The notes under the pieces: model-generated
What the model saw: only the letters and a program-made list of their open reading frames with translations
Told to the model about the DNA's origin: nothing
Databases searched by the model: none
DNA from: Proteromonas lacertae
Taxonomy: Eukaryota
Direction of reading: 5' to 3'
Length of the DNA: 64,000 nt
Assembly (NCBI GenBank): GCA_002245135.1
Contig: NGBS01000333.1
Coordinates: 1-64,000 of the forward strand
Program-made: the position numbers and the translations under genes
In this document: positions 41,913 to 55,540 of the stretch, piece after piece
How the letters are laid out: every line of letters begins with the position of its first letter
Numbering within the stretch: position 1 is the first letter of the stretch

Positions 41913-44900
41913 GATTAAGTAATTAATCAATTCTTCTAAATAGCATATCTAAACAAAATTCATTCACTCTATTATCATTTATTTGAATGTATATTGTGTT
42001 CTTATCTCTTTTATACTCATCACAAATTCCTATTAAAGTAATTTCTGTTTTAGTCAATCCAACATTAGGATCAATTCTCAAATATTTTTTGATATCATCT
42101 AAAAAGTAATCAACTTCATAATCAATTAATTCTTTGATTATTGAATCTAATACATTTGTTCTACTTGCTGTTTTAAAATTGGTAATACAAAATTTTTTAA
42201 TTTTTAAGGCTTCTTCGTATGTATTTATCCTTTGATTGCATGCTTGAGTATATTTTTTTATTTCTTCACTAACATATTCACTATAATTTCTTTCAATTGT
42301 TTCTAAACCATTTACTTTGTATTTGAAAATGAAGTGAGATAATGATGTATCTTGAGGCTTTGTAATAGTAATACCTTCCTTATCATCTATAACATTACTT
42401 GCATAGCAATATGTCTCAAGAAAATCAGCATATTCCATATCTGCTGCTATACTTTCGATGCATTTCGAATATATTTTAGCCCAATAGTCTTCACCATATA
42501 ATACATTATAAATAGAAGCAAAAAGTAATTGTCTTGGTAGATTCCTAATAACTTTATATTCTATAGCTTATTTCTCATTCTAGAGTAGACAATATTCCAA
42601 TCTCTTCATTAGAAAATACATCAAAATATAATTCTTGTATTGGTTTTCTATTCTCTATAATGTTGCCATAATTTTTTTCATCTGGAGATGATATGCAAAA
42701 TATATTTGTATTACCAGGATTGATGTTATATGTATCTACAATTATCAATGCGAGAGGCTTTATTTTCATATTGTCATAATTCTCAAATGTTCCATTATTA
42801 ATTAAATATTTCGATGGATCACCTTTATGATTTCCTTTCATTATTATCACAGTGAAATTATTATTAATCTCATTTTGATATTCCATTATCTTTAAAATCA
42901 CAAATATCAAAAAACTGGTTTTGCCACAACCTGGATGGCCTCTTAATAACATTGTTATACGATCTTTTTGACGAATATGATACCATATCGTCTAATATTT
43001 TATTCAAAAACTCCCAAACTTGAATATAAACAGATCTAACATATATTATATTCCTAAGATAGTTAGATAATTTTGCTCCATTCAATATTATTATATATTT
43101 GTTGTCTGGTGTTAATATTGGATTCTTTCCAAAAAATATAGATTTTAAATAATCTTCATGTTTATTTATGATTGTTTCTTCTTTTCTATATGTAAATATT
43201 TTATTACCTTCATAAATATAATATCCATTTCTACAATCACATTCATAAAATAAATCTCTTCTATCATCTAAAACACCACATTTCTGACAAATATAACCAT
43301 TATTAAGTTTTCTTTTAAATGGTTCATTTGATCCACATGTTGGCAAATTTATTGGTATAATTGAATTCGAAGGTGGTAATGAATTTGATGTAATATCTGT
43401 TGTAATTCCACTACTATTTTCTAATATTATAGCTTCATCTACACAATTACTTTTTATTGTTAAATAAAAATTATCTATACTTCGTTCATCCAGTTTTAAA
43501 GTATAAAAACTTAACCTATCCAGATTTGAAATAATTTGACTTCTACTATTTGTGTCATTCCAATTATATCCATATTTATTATTAATCATGAAATTTGTCA
43601 TTGATGCTTTTAAATATTCACCATATGGTTGAAATGAAGCATCTCCATTGGATAGATCAGGTCTTACGTAATCATTAATACTAATAAATACTATATTCAC
43701 TTTAGGAATGAACTGGATATCATTTTTGAATGCATTGACGCATTCCATCAAATATTTCATATCACGATTACTGTAATAATTTTCAAAAGAGAATTTACTC
43801 TTAACAAGAGCATATAATATGCTATTATTACACAGTAATATCTGTTTATCATACAAACTGTATATATAATCAGCTTCATTCTTCAATATGTTCTTTTCAT
43901 TATTTGGAAGATTATTGTAATTATTTATTCTGTTGATACTAATATTTTTCAAATTTTGGCAATTTTTATCAATTTCTCTTTGTATAACATTATCTTTCTT
44001 TAATATTATTGAATTTACAAAATGCTATAATATATAAAATAATATTGTTATACATATGTTAGTAGGACTTTGAATTTATCATTCTTTACCTCCTCTTTTG
44101 CGATTTCCTTTAACTCATCATTTTTAATATACTATAATAATATACAAATAAATATATATACACCTAAATTTTGTAACGATTCTCTAATTTCATCTTCACT
44201 ACTGTGTTCTAATTGTTGAATGATTTCTTCCTTCATTTCCACAATATACATAAGCAGTAATATCATCACTGTGTCTTTTACTTCATGAGCATCTGATACA
44301 GTGATCTGTATTCCAGATATACTTTTATGATTTAATATAGATGCATCAATCACTGGAAAATTTGAACAATTTTGATATGATAAAAAACTGTTTACATGAA
44401 ACTTTGAATCTTTAATGCATTTAACTCTATCTTCAATCATCGCATTTGTAAAATATAATGGGACTTTTATTGATTGATTTTGACCTGCTTGATTTGTTCT
44501 TGGACGACCTCTTCCTCTTCTATCTTCAGTAGCTGGCATGCTTGAAATACTTAATATCTCTTTATTAATTATTCTAGTAAATATGTAGATTATTATCTTC
44601 TCATAATATAATCCTTGATTTTCTTGTTTATAAAGTCTATAAAATGTGTAAAATTGTTCCTCATTCTCTATAGAAAAGTATTTTCTAGCTATATCTTCAC
44701 ACTCTTTACAAATAAATCTCACATTGTAAGGGTTGTCATCAACTTTATTCACATTGTATATATATAAATTAGCATCATATTCAGAAGGCATATGTGTATA
44801 AAATTTAATTTCATTTTTACCAACTTCCACTCCCTTCTTAAGAAATGGAATATAACCATTATACTTCTCCACATTCTCATTGAATTTTTCTTTTTCTTCA

Positions 44901-45547
44901 TCCGTCATTATACAACAACTCTTAAAATAATCTAAATTATCTGTTCTACTGTTTAAAGGTAAAAGATAGAATATAATTGGGTTTCTCTTTGTCTTATATA
45001 CTTTGTAAAGTTTTTGGACATAATTACATACATTAATAACAATGTCATAATTGGTATATTCATCCTCTGTTATTTTTATATTATCTATTATTAGAACACT
45101 TTTTTCTTTTCCATTTCTTGCAAAACTAGACACACCTATATCTTCACTCTCAATACAATCTACATCATATTTCTGTTTTAATCGAGTAGCTAAATAAGAG
45201 CAAAATATACTCTTCCCTAATCCTGGAGATCCATACACAAGAAAACATATTTGTTTTATATACGGCTTACTATCCTTAAACGCTATCTTTTCTTCCATTT
45301 TCTGTAATATTTCATTATAACATGGCCTGATATACCAACTGTTACCTTCAATGTCTATAAACTTTTCATTTTCGGGAATACTAATAACATTACTACCATT
45401 CATCTAATAATATAGTAAATATGTTAAATATATACACTTTATAATATAACAATAATTAATTAAATAGGTTTATGAGTTAGATTGAGAAATGCAACAATCA
45501 CTTCAATATCAAGCCAAACCTATCATTCAAAAATTAATTCTAATTTC
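41785..45547 (-). mobile_element. Putative inserted cassette carrying a Crinkler/RHS-type NTPase-REase gene
   Basis: A unique 3.76 kb segment lies between the two copies of a ~330 bp duplication of host sequence. No terminal inverted repeats were seen. Confidence 0.55.
41923..45403 (-). pseudogene. Crinkler/RHS-like P-loop NTPase + PD-(D/E)xK nuclease + second NTPase; 3' half disrupted
   Basis: First module YIRPCY..VYGSPGLGKS..LIIDN..GLYYE..NFPVIDA..GIQITVSDAH. Two GT-AG introns (~44132-44161 and ~44025-44053) splice in frame into ORF 42870-43952. A second module YVRSVY..GHPGCGKT..IIVD..ISSPD follows, with a frameshift near 42953, a stop at 42575 and further shifts. Confidence 0.7.
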
Positions 45548-45877
45548 TTCGTAGTTTAATTGGTTTACATTTTAAGATTAAGCCAATACCATAATTTGTA
45601 TCTAATTCTTTTGATTTTTTGTTTAACCCAATAAATGAATATATTATTAAATAATATCATAGACATACATACATATTTATATGTGTTATTAAATCATCAT
45701 TTCAGGCGTTAGTGGTTTTTCTTCTTCCATTTGTCTAACATATTCATTCAACCATTCTTCAATCTAAAAATAACATTAAATATAAACAATATGAATATTA
45801 TACTTTAACAATATTGTGATGATCCATTAATCTTTTACTAACAACAATATGTTGGAAATCATCTCTACAACCCTCAT
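45548..45877. repeat. Direct repeat, right copy
   Basis: Matches 41442-41784. It holds an orphan mago nashi 3' end ([11 protein letters not shown]) and the functional last exons of the lipase. Confidence 0.92.
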
Positions 45878-47933
45878 GCGCTCTGAATGTAATATCTTCT
45901 TTACCACAAACACTCCAATGATTATTATACTTCATTCTAATATGAATTATTTTACCAGGCATATAACCATGCACAGAAGCTAATCGGTGATTTGTATTAA
46001 CTTGTATTCTTGGATCATAGTTCTTTGTCTCTTCATCTATGAAACTGATATATTCATCTGGATTCTTATTCTTAAACCAACTTTGTAATGCATGGAATTT
46101 AGTTGTTTCTGTATGTGCTAATGCCCATGACTATTGAATTAATAATAATATAATAATTATATATATATATACCATTGATGCTATTAATTTCTCTATTGAA
46201 TGAGGTGATAATCTTGGTATTACATCATTACCAAATACAGTAGAAATAGTATATTTCTCAGTGAATTTAGCTAATTCTAATGTCATTGTACAACCAACAG
46301 GTTCATATAAATAACACTTTACATTTGGATAATCTTTATAGAGTAATAAACTCAATACACAAGCAGTAGATGCACCTAATGAATGACCTGTTAGTAATAA
46401 ATCATATCCTGTACAATCAATCTATATATATATATATTATATAATAATACATTAATATTTGGATGATAAAAAGCATATTGTGATTGTTGTCCTTTCAATA
46501 ATACTGGTAGACAAGGACATTCATTCTCTAACTCATCATAGATGGTTTTAGCTGTATATAATACACCTTTATGAATAAAATTATCACCTCCACTTATTCC
46601 TAAAGATTCTGCTAAATCATCTACATTCTCCATATTAATCTCTAAATCTGTGAATAAATCTACAATATCCAACGTACCTCTAACTGCTATGATAATTCTT
46701 CTCTTAATATGATCAATTGCTACAACGAATGGAACACGATATAAACCACTACTTAAATTAGCATATAATATATCTTCATTGGTTAATTTACCCCAATCTA
46801 AAAAGGCTCTCTATAAAATAATATAATATAAGTATCCATACAGTATATATCTCACCTGTACAATGATTATCATTAACAATATTCTTAGGGATATTCACAC
46901 AACAACAACATCCTTTTGAACCACATGTTAGTTTAATAAAGTTAGTCCATTTCTTATATGAATATAATGTCCAACCATATACACATGATGCATATTTACA
47001 CACTTCAGCTAAATCCTTCATTTGTTCATAGGAAGTACCACTAAATGGCATGTTATCATCAAATCTTGGAACATCACCAATATCAAATTCTAAATGGAAA
47101 TTTCCATCTTTATAATTGACATGAGTTAATGGATCTGTTGGATTTTCTGTCTTGATGATTTGTAATTGTCGAACCAAGCCTAATGCTGCTACAATATCAC
47201 CAAATGTAGCATCTTCTACTATTCCTGCATTTTTGATTGTATTTGCTACACTTTCATACACTTCATTATTCTTTGTAAAACAATAACATGTATATCTCAA
47301 TCTATTTAAATTATATAATATATATATATATATATACATTGCATTTAGCCATTTATTACTACATAAAACCAACCCTGTTGTTAACATTCCACAACATCCT
47401 CTTGTCATTAAATCAATTAATGACAAAATAATATAAATTATAATTATTACTGATAATTCTACAGAAACACATGTAATTCCAGCTAGTGATAACTTAACAA
47501 TTAGGAAAACAATCCATAAAAAACCTGTTGCTATAAACAAAAAATATGCTAACAATAAATATGACATGAAATCGTAGTTTCGATTCTATTGATACTTATA
47601 TTATTCAATTATACACTATGCATTGTAGATTTGTATGAAACTAAGGAAAGAACACCTTCAATCTATGATAAAGTAATAATTAAAAATAAATATACGATGC
47701 CATAAACAATCTGATGTAATATAGATAAAGAAAAGAAAACATGAACAAATTCCCTACGAATAAACGAATGATTCATACATTGAAAAACAGGTATGTTCTC
47801 TGAAACTAGCATCAATCCATCCCACCACCAACAGAATTGATAGAATCAATCTTATGATTACAAGGTATCCCAGACCTGTAAAATCATCATAACCACAAGG
47901 CAACCGTCTTGAAAGTAGTTTTAAATGACCCAT
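45689..47933 (-). CDS. Diacylglycerol lipase-like (N-terminal TM helices + lipase class 3)
   Basis: N-terminus MGHLKLLSRRLPCGYDDF, TM helices, PFVVAIDH..IIIAVRGT, IHKG, nucleophile motif TGHSLGA, DVIPRL, PGKIIHI and LMDHH. Confidence 0.85.
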
Positions 47934-48355
47934 CTACTTCTTTGCCTTTCAGAACTAAACTAAAATTAAAAAAGAGTGATTCTATATTTTCGAGCTTTTA
48001 GCTTGATATTAGTTTTTTAAAGAAGAAAATTCTTCTAAAATAGAATAATTTATAATCAAAAGACTAAATAATAAGCGAAATGCATGGACATAGAAGAGGA
48101 GTGTAAATCAATCACAAGTTTTTTAGGTTCGAAAAGATGTATTTAGCAAATATAGGCTTCTAGAATCATAGTATTGATGTTCTTTATTCCTTTATCACTA
48201 GTAAATCTGTTTTAGTTTTTAAATTTCATCTCAAACATGTTTGCTTTGTCGTTTTAACTTTCAAAAAGACATTTTTTTAGAATCAACCATCCATTATATT
48301 TATTATTTGTTGTTATATTTGGCTTAATTTATTTATTATATATTTATAAACTTAA

Positions 48356-51300
48356 ATGGGAAAGTATAGAACACATCATTTATATTCTAGGCAAAAGAAT
48401 AAAATTCTAGTGGAAGTAGAAAAATATAATTTTTATGTAAATGGTAAAGCATATCAATTTGCTGAGAATTCTTTATTCTTGTTTTCTGAAGACAATCCGC
48501 TGAGAAAACTTGTAGTGAGGATAGTTACACACAAATTTTTTGATATATTTATTTTACTACTTATTATATTTAATTCAATTTTGCTTGGCTGTATAGAATA
48601 CAGTTGTATAGATAGAAAAACACATGTATATGCATTTAAAATATAGTAAATAGATACCTTCATTCCATGGAATGGACCCTATGACAAGATTAGACTGTAA
48701 ATCTGATGTTAATCACGTTTTCGAAATTACAGAATTACCTCTTACGATACTTTTCACATTAGAGTTTGTATTAAAAGTAATAGCAATGGGATTTTTTATT
48801 GGGCCAGGAGCTTATTTACATAATGGTTGGAATTGGATAGATTTTATCGTTGTGGTTACTAGTTTGTTACAAAGTCTTCCAGGAATGCCAAATGTATCAT
48901 TTCTAAGGACATTTCGTGTGTTAAGACCACTTAGAACATTAAACAGAAGTATAAATTCTTAAATTAATCGTGTTTTATTATTTTCATAGTGCCAAGGATG
49001 AAGATCTTAGTATCTGCATTGTTGAGTTCAATTCCTGATCTAGTAAATGTAATGATTCTATTATTATTTATATTCGCAATTTTTGGTATTTTAGCACTTC
49101 AGTTTTTGAAGGGTTTTATTCATTTAAGATGCAGATTGACTCCCTATCCAATAGCAGTTAATTCTTCAATCTATGATCAATATACTGATTTAGAATCAAG
49201 GTGGTTTCTAGATGGTAAACCAGAGAATAGTGTGGTGTATGATATAGTGTATAATCGAGAGAAATTTCCATACTGTCATTTTGATGGAAATGTTTCAGAT
49301 GTTATTCCACTGGAGAATGTTCATTGGAATCAGAAAACCTCACCTTGGTCAACACGTATATATAATTATTTTTATTTATTTTAATTATATATAGCAAGAA
49401 TGTGTGTTTGGCCAACTGATCAAGATGTAATTCGACTATGCGGTGGTGCTTATAAATGTCATAATAACTATACATGTGGTAGTAACTGGGATAAACAAGG
49501 AAATGCACGGTTTCCTGATAATGATAGGAATTATCTATATGAAGCTGAGTTTTATGAAGAATTTGGTTATGGTTATCCAAAATTCGATAATATAGTTGAT
49601 ATAGTGATTGTTATACTTCAAACACTGACTTTAGAAGGTTGGAGTGATATTATGTATACGTTTATGGATAGTTATAATTACTGGATGCCTCCTATTTGGT
49701 TTACTTGTTTGGTATTATTTGGCAATTATTTCTTATTGAACTTAATGTTGGCTGTTATTTTTACAAAGTTTAACGAATCACAAGAAGAAGTGAGAGTACA
49801 GCAAGCATTACAAAGATCTATTAAGAAACAAAATAGTAAATATGTCTCAATGACAAAAAGTTTAAAAATAAAGAAATCATTAGATGATGCTGGAGTAATA
49901 AGAAGATTTTGTTATAATTTAGTTACTCATCCATGTTTCGAACTATTTATTGTTATTTGTATTATAATGAATACAATCGTTTTAGCATTAGATATGTATC
50001 CATTACAACCAACAATCACTAGTAATTGTGAATACATCAATTTTGTACTTACATTGATATTTATTGTGGAAATGGTGTTGAAAATGATCGCTTATAAGTT
50101 TATCTATTATTTTTTTGATAAGTTCAATATATTTGATATGATTGTGGTAATAATTAGTATTTTTGAGTTTATATTTGCACCACCGTCTTTCCTTGCAGCA
50201 GAAGCTGTTAGTCATACTTCAGGTGTATCTGCATTAAGATCCTTCCGATTATTTAGATTGTTTAAATTAGCAAGATCATGGACGTCTTTACAGGAATTAT
50301 TTGTTACATTATCTCGTTCATTTGAAGATATTTTAAACTTTGCTGTATTGTTGTTATTATATTTATATATTGAAACATTAATGGGAATGCAATTCTTTGC
50401 AAATGAATTTCACTTTGATCCAATTACACAATATCAAATACAAATTGATGAACCTGGTTATATGGAAGCTGATATTCCTAGGTGTAGATATGATGATTTC
50501 TATTATTCATTATTAACAGTATTTCAACATTTAGCTATTGATAATTTCAATATGGTAATGTATGATCAAAGAAGAGCAACAACTGCTTATAGTGAAGTAT
50601 ATACAGTCAATTTAATAGTAATTGGAAATTGGGTAGTTTTAAACTTATTCTTAGCTATTTTGTTAGGTAATTTTGATTCAAAAGAAGAAGAAGAATTGAA
50701 TAAAAAGACAAGTTCAGTAGTTTTAATGATGAAATCATTAATAAGAATAGTAAAATGTTGTTTTTGTATAAGGAAAATTGCACCTGAGAACTCTATTACA
50801 GTTACTGAAAGTTCAGTCAGAGCAAGTCAAATAAGTCAAAACCATTCAAAGAGATTTTCAACATTGAATAAACCAGGAATGATGAAACAGCATAAATCAG
50901 GAAAAGAGTTTACTAATCTGATAGGAGAAACATCAGTTCAAGCTGCACCAATAACACCATTTAATTTCAATAATACATCAGTTCAAGAAGATAATAAAAT
51001 TACACTAACTTCACCTCAACATGGAATAATCAAAAGTGCAATGAAATCAACTGGAAATGTTTGGAATAGTAAGCATGTTCCAAATGCACCAACACCAGCA
51101 AGATCTATGGTTAGAACGGATATAAGATCTCGTAGACCATCTGCAGCTATTACACCTTCTAGAAGACCATCTACTGCAAAGATGTTAGAAGGATCTGATT
51201 CTACAGATGAAAGATTGTTATTGAAAGCATCTCAAGCATTGAATGGAGCAAATAACGAGAAGAAAGAATTGAAACAAATCACTGCAGCTGCTTTTTTGAA

Positions 51301-54300
51301 GAGAAAGAAGTTAGAAAGTCAAAAGAATTCTACTTATAACCTAGTCAATACCACTAACAATAATACATCAATGGCTAATGATAAAAAGAAATTGTATATG
51401 TCAAATAGAAGTTCCAGAAGATCTTCAAGATCCAGTAGAACCTCATTTAGTACAGATGGTGATGATGATTTGGATTATTTCATTGCGACAGTATCAATAA
51501 CTGAAGAAAAGGATATTGCTATTGAAGGTAGATCACTATGGTTATTTTCACCAGAAAATTGGCTGAGAGATAGATGTGCTAGAATTGTACAAAATAAATA
51601 TTTTGAGAATTTCATTTTGGTATTAATTCTAATAAGTTCAATTACATTAGCTATTGAAAATCCATTAGATAATCCAAACAGTGTATTTAAGAAGATATTA
51701 GAAGTGATTGATTATATATTAACAGCATTATTTGCAATAGAAATGATATTAAAAATTATCACATTTGGTTTACTTATTGGTAAACATGCTTACTTAAGAT
51801 CACCTTGGAATGTATTAGATTGTTTTGTTGTTATTATATCAATATTAGCTGCATTGCCAATGGTGAATGTTAGTTCAAATTTAACTGCATTAAGAGCCCT
51901 TAGAGCATTTAGAGCTTTAAGGCCATTAAGAGTTGTAAGTAGAAATCCTGGTTTGAAATTAGTAGCAAATGCATTGTTATCTTCTGTACCAGGTATTGGT
52001 AATATTTGTTTGATTGCTGTTATGTTCTTTTTAATATTCTCTATCATTGGAACTAACTATTTTAAAGGTTTAAACTATGGATGTAAAGGCGATAAATTTG
52101 ATAATTTATCTGAAGATCAACAAGAACTAATAGTTCATCCAAGATATTACAATAATCTAACAACAATAGAAAAGAGTTGGTTTCCAGGTAATTATACAGA
52201 TAAAACATCCAAACAAGTATGTTTATGGATGGGATGTGAATGGGTAAATAAATATCATTGTCCACAAAACTTTGATAATATCATCCAATCATTCTCCTCC
52301 TTTTATCAAATGACAACTACAGAAGGTTGGCAAGATATAATGTATATAGGTACAGATGGTACAGGTATTGATATGCAGCCAATTCCTGATAATCAAAAGG
52401 CTTGGTCATTCTTCTTTATGGCATTTATTGTTGTAGGTGCATTTTTCATTTTGAACTTATTTGTTGGTGTGGTTATTGAGAATTTTAATAATATGAAAAG
52501 AAAGTTAGGTAAAGATCATTTATTCTTAACTGAAGAACAAAGACAATGGGTTGATATGCAAGAAGCATTGTTGGCAATGAAAGTACAAAAACCATTGAAA
52601 AGACCAAGAAATAAGTTTAGATTAAGATGTTTTAACTTGGTACATACTCAAGCTTTTGATTGGTTTATTATGATTTCTATTTGTATTAATACAGTATTTA
52701 TGGCATGTACTTATTATGGTGAACCTTTTTTATTAACACAAGTTTTAGAAATATTGAACTATTTGTTTGCTTTTATATTTACTGTTGAAGCTGTATTGAA
52801 AATACTGTCATATGGAATAAAACAGTATTTTACTGATGGTTGGAATATATTTGATTTCTTCGTTACTATTGGTTCTGATATTGGTGTTGTATTGAAGTTG
52901 ATGTTAGGTGATTCAAGTGTATCTGCTTTATTAGTAGTTAGAATGTTTAGAATTGGCAGAATATTTAGACTTATACAAAATGCAAAGTCATTAAGAACAC
53001 TTTTTAACACATTATTATTGACTTTACCTTCATTAGCTAATGTTGGTGGTATTTTAGCGTTGATGTTGTTTATTTATACAGTTTTAGGTGTTCAGTTATT
53101 TGCTAAAGTAAAAGATGGAGAATTATTAGATGATAGAATTAATTTTAGGAATTTTGGTACTGCTTTAGTTACTTTAATAAGAAGTGCAACTGGTGAAATA
53201 TGGAATATTCTGATGTATGATTGTGTAAATACTGAAGATTGTGAAACTGATCCGCCATATAATCCAAACTATTGTTTACATAGTGGAGATGTAATTTGTG
53301 TTCCATTGACAGGATGTGGAAATTGGATGGCTTATATGTATAATATATTATTATTGTTATTATTATTATTTTATAATAGATTCTTTTTTTCCTTCATTTT
53401 GATTATCAGTTCAATTTTAGTTCAATTATTTATTGGTGTAATTTTGGATGGTTTTGGTGATGTTTCTCATTCAGAGAATTCAATGTTAACTCCTGAACAA
53501 TTTGAACAATTCGTTAGAGCTTGGAATGAGTTTGATGTTGATGCAAAATGTTCAATTCCATTGTCACAATTAGATGATTTATTCAGTCGAATACCACCTC
53601 CAATGGGATTTCCTGAAGATTTAATAGGCGAAGATAGAAGAAGAAGAATAGCCAAAATGAAGATTCCTATGTATAAAAGAGATAATGGTGAACCAAGAGT
53701 GTATTTCAGTGATGTTGTATTAGCATGTGCTAAGAGAATAGTGGAAGATGATTTAAGAGAGAAAGGAAACGATAATTTCAATATTGAATTACCTGCTGAT
53801 CATAGAGCTGTAAAAGCATGGAATAGAAAGTATAGAAAGATGAAGCATATTACAAATCGTGATATTGAATATAATATTAGACATTACTACTCAGTTTTAC
53901 AATTAATTACTGCATATCAATTGTATAAATTCAGAACTAATATGAAGCGTAATATTATATTACAATCACCAAATAGCAGAGCTGTTTCACCTAAAAGTAA
54001 TGATAGTTATGAGAATAACAATAATAATAATGAATATATCATCAATAAAGAGAAAATAAAAATGTCTTCTCCATTACCATTAAAACCAATAAAGTTAAAT
54101 GTGAATATTAACTTAGATGATAGTCCTTATTCTAAATCAAATAACACTAATAATCACAGTAATGATCCAGATCCAAATAGTCCATATAAAGAAGATGATG
54201 AAGAAGAAGTAGAAGGACAGACTTTTACACCAATTACCTTTGAATTACCACCACTTCATGATGATAATGTAATAATACATTCATCACCAAAGATATTTAA

Positions 54301-54448
54301 TCATCCTTCAATTAGTCCACAGAATCATTCTTTACCAAATTGTAGTTCTCCCATTAGTAAAATTGTACATAGTAGTATTACTGATGCAAATTCATCACCT
54401 GTTGCTAAAGATGAAATTACTAATAATGAGAATTCAGTACCTGTTTAG
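48356..54448 (+). CDS. Four-domain voltage-gated Ca2+ (Cav/Nav family) channel alpha subunit
   Basis: Four 6-TM repeats with S4 segments (LRTFRVLRPLR, LRSFRLFRLFK, LRALRAFRALRPLR, VRMFRIGRIFR), pore loops TLEGW/AIDNF/TTEGW/TGEIW, and an EF-hand-like C-terminus. Four short introns; the 5' end is uncertain. Confidence 0.92.
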
Positions 54449-54508
54449 ATAGTATAAACTTTAATTATTTTATTTTTTATTTTCTTTCTTTTATTGCTTA
54501 TAATATCC

Positions 54509-54951
54509 TTAAATGTATGGATTATTCACAATCAAGTCAAGTGGTTGATATGAATGATTCTTCTGTAAGTTATGCTGGTTCAATATTTACTGTTTAAATT
54601 AATGACTATTTTGTATTTTATATTTTTACTTTTTTTTTATAAATGAATAATAAAACGAAAATAAAATATGTAATATTAATGAAATTAGTTAATAAAGGAT
54701 AATGTAGTAATAAAAATAAAAATGAAAAAAGGGCTCAGCCGGGAATCGAACCCGGGACCTCTCGCACCCAAAGCGAGAATCATACCACTAGACCACTAAG
54801 CCTACATCAAATTTATTGACAAACTCTGCATATAAATATCTAATAATACTTATTCAATTTTAATTTTTAGTTATGTAATACATAATATTTTGTCTATAAT
54901 TCGTGAAATAAAGGAAATGAAAATACTATTATTTTATACTAGATGATAATA
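54509..54951. repeat. Inverted repeat, left arm (orphan MEMO1 3' end + tRNA-Pro)
   Basis: Reverse complement of 55098-55540 with at least three substitutions; the spacer is 146 bp. Confidence 0.93.
54731..54802 (-). tRNA. tRNA-Pro(TGG)
   Basis: Reverse complement reads GGCTTAGTGGTCTAGTGGTATGATTCTCGCTTTGGGTGCGAGAGGTCCCGGGTTCGATTCCCGGCTGAGCCC, followed by a T-run Pol III terminator. Confidence 0.96.
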
Positions 54952-55097
54952 AAGATAATAAGTATTTTATAATGGATTTCTATATATAGACAAAAAATCA
55001 TTTACAAAAGGTAAAAAATGAAGATTATGTTATATTATAAATAATAGATAAAGATGATAAAAATTTAAAATTAATATTCTGAAAGACATTGTGTAAA

Positions 55098-55540
55098 TAT
55101 TATCATCTAGTATAAAATAATAGCATTTTCATTTCCTTTATTTCACGAATTATAAACAAAATATTATGTATTACATAACTAAAAATTAAAATTGAATAAG
55201 TATTATTAGATATTTATATGCAGAGTTTGTCAATAAATTTGATGTAGGCTTAGTGGTCTAGTGGTATGATTCTCGCTTTGGGTGCGAGAGGTCCCGGGTT
55301 CGATTCCCGGCTGAGCCCTTTTTTCATTTTTATTTTTATTACTACATTATCCTTTATTAACTAATTTCATTAATATTACATATTTTATTTTCGTTTTATT
55401 ATTCATTTATAAAAAAAAAGTAAAAATATAAAATACAAAATAGTCATTAATTTAAACAGTAAATATTGAACCAGCATAACTTACAGAAGAATCATTCATA
55501 TCAACCACTTGACTTGACTGTGAATAATCCATACATTTAA
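55098..55540. repeat. Inverted repeat, right arm (tRNA-Pro + true MEMO1 3' end)
   Basis: Reverse complement of 54509-54951. Confidence 0.93.
55247..55318 (+). tRNA. tRNA-Pro(TGG)
   Basis: Identical 72-nt cloverleaf with TGG anticodon, GTTCGA T-loop and a downstream TTTTTT. Confidence 0.96.

Noticed and set aside
50003..53781. Short minus-strand ORFs inside the channel gene, and similar 60-120 aa antisense ORFs elsewhere
   Set aside because: They are shadow ORFs of well-supported genes and have no domain features.
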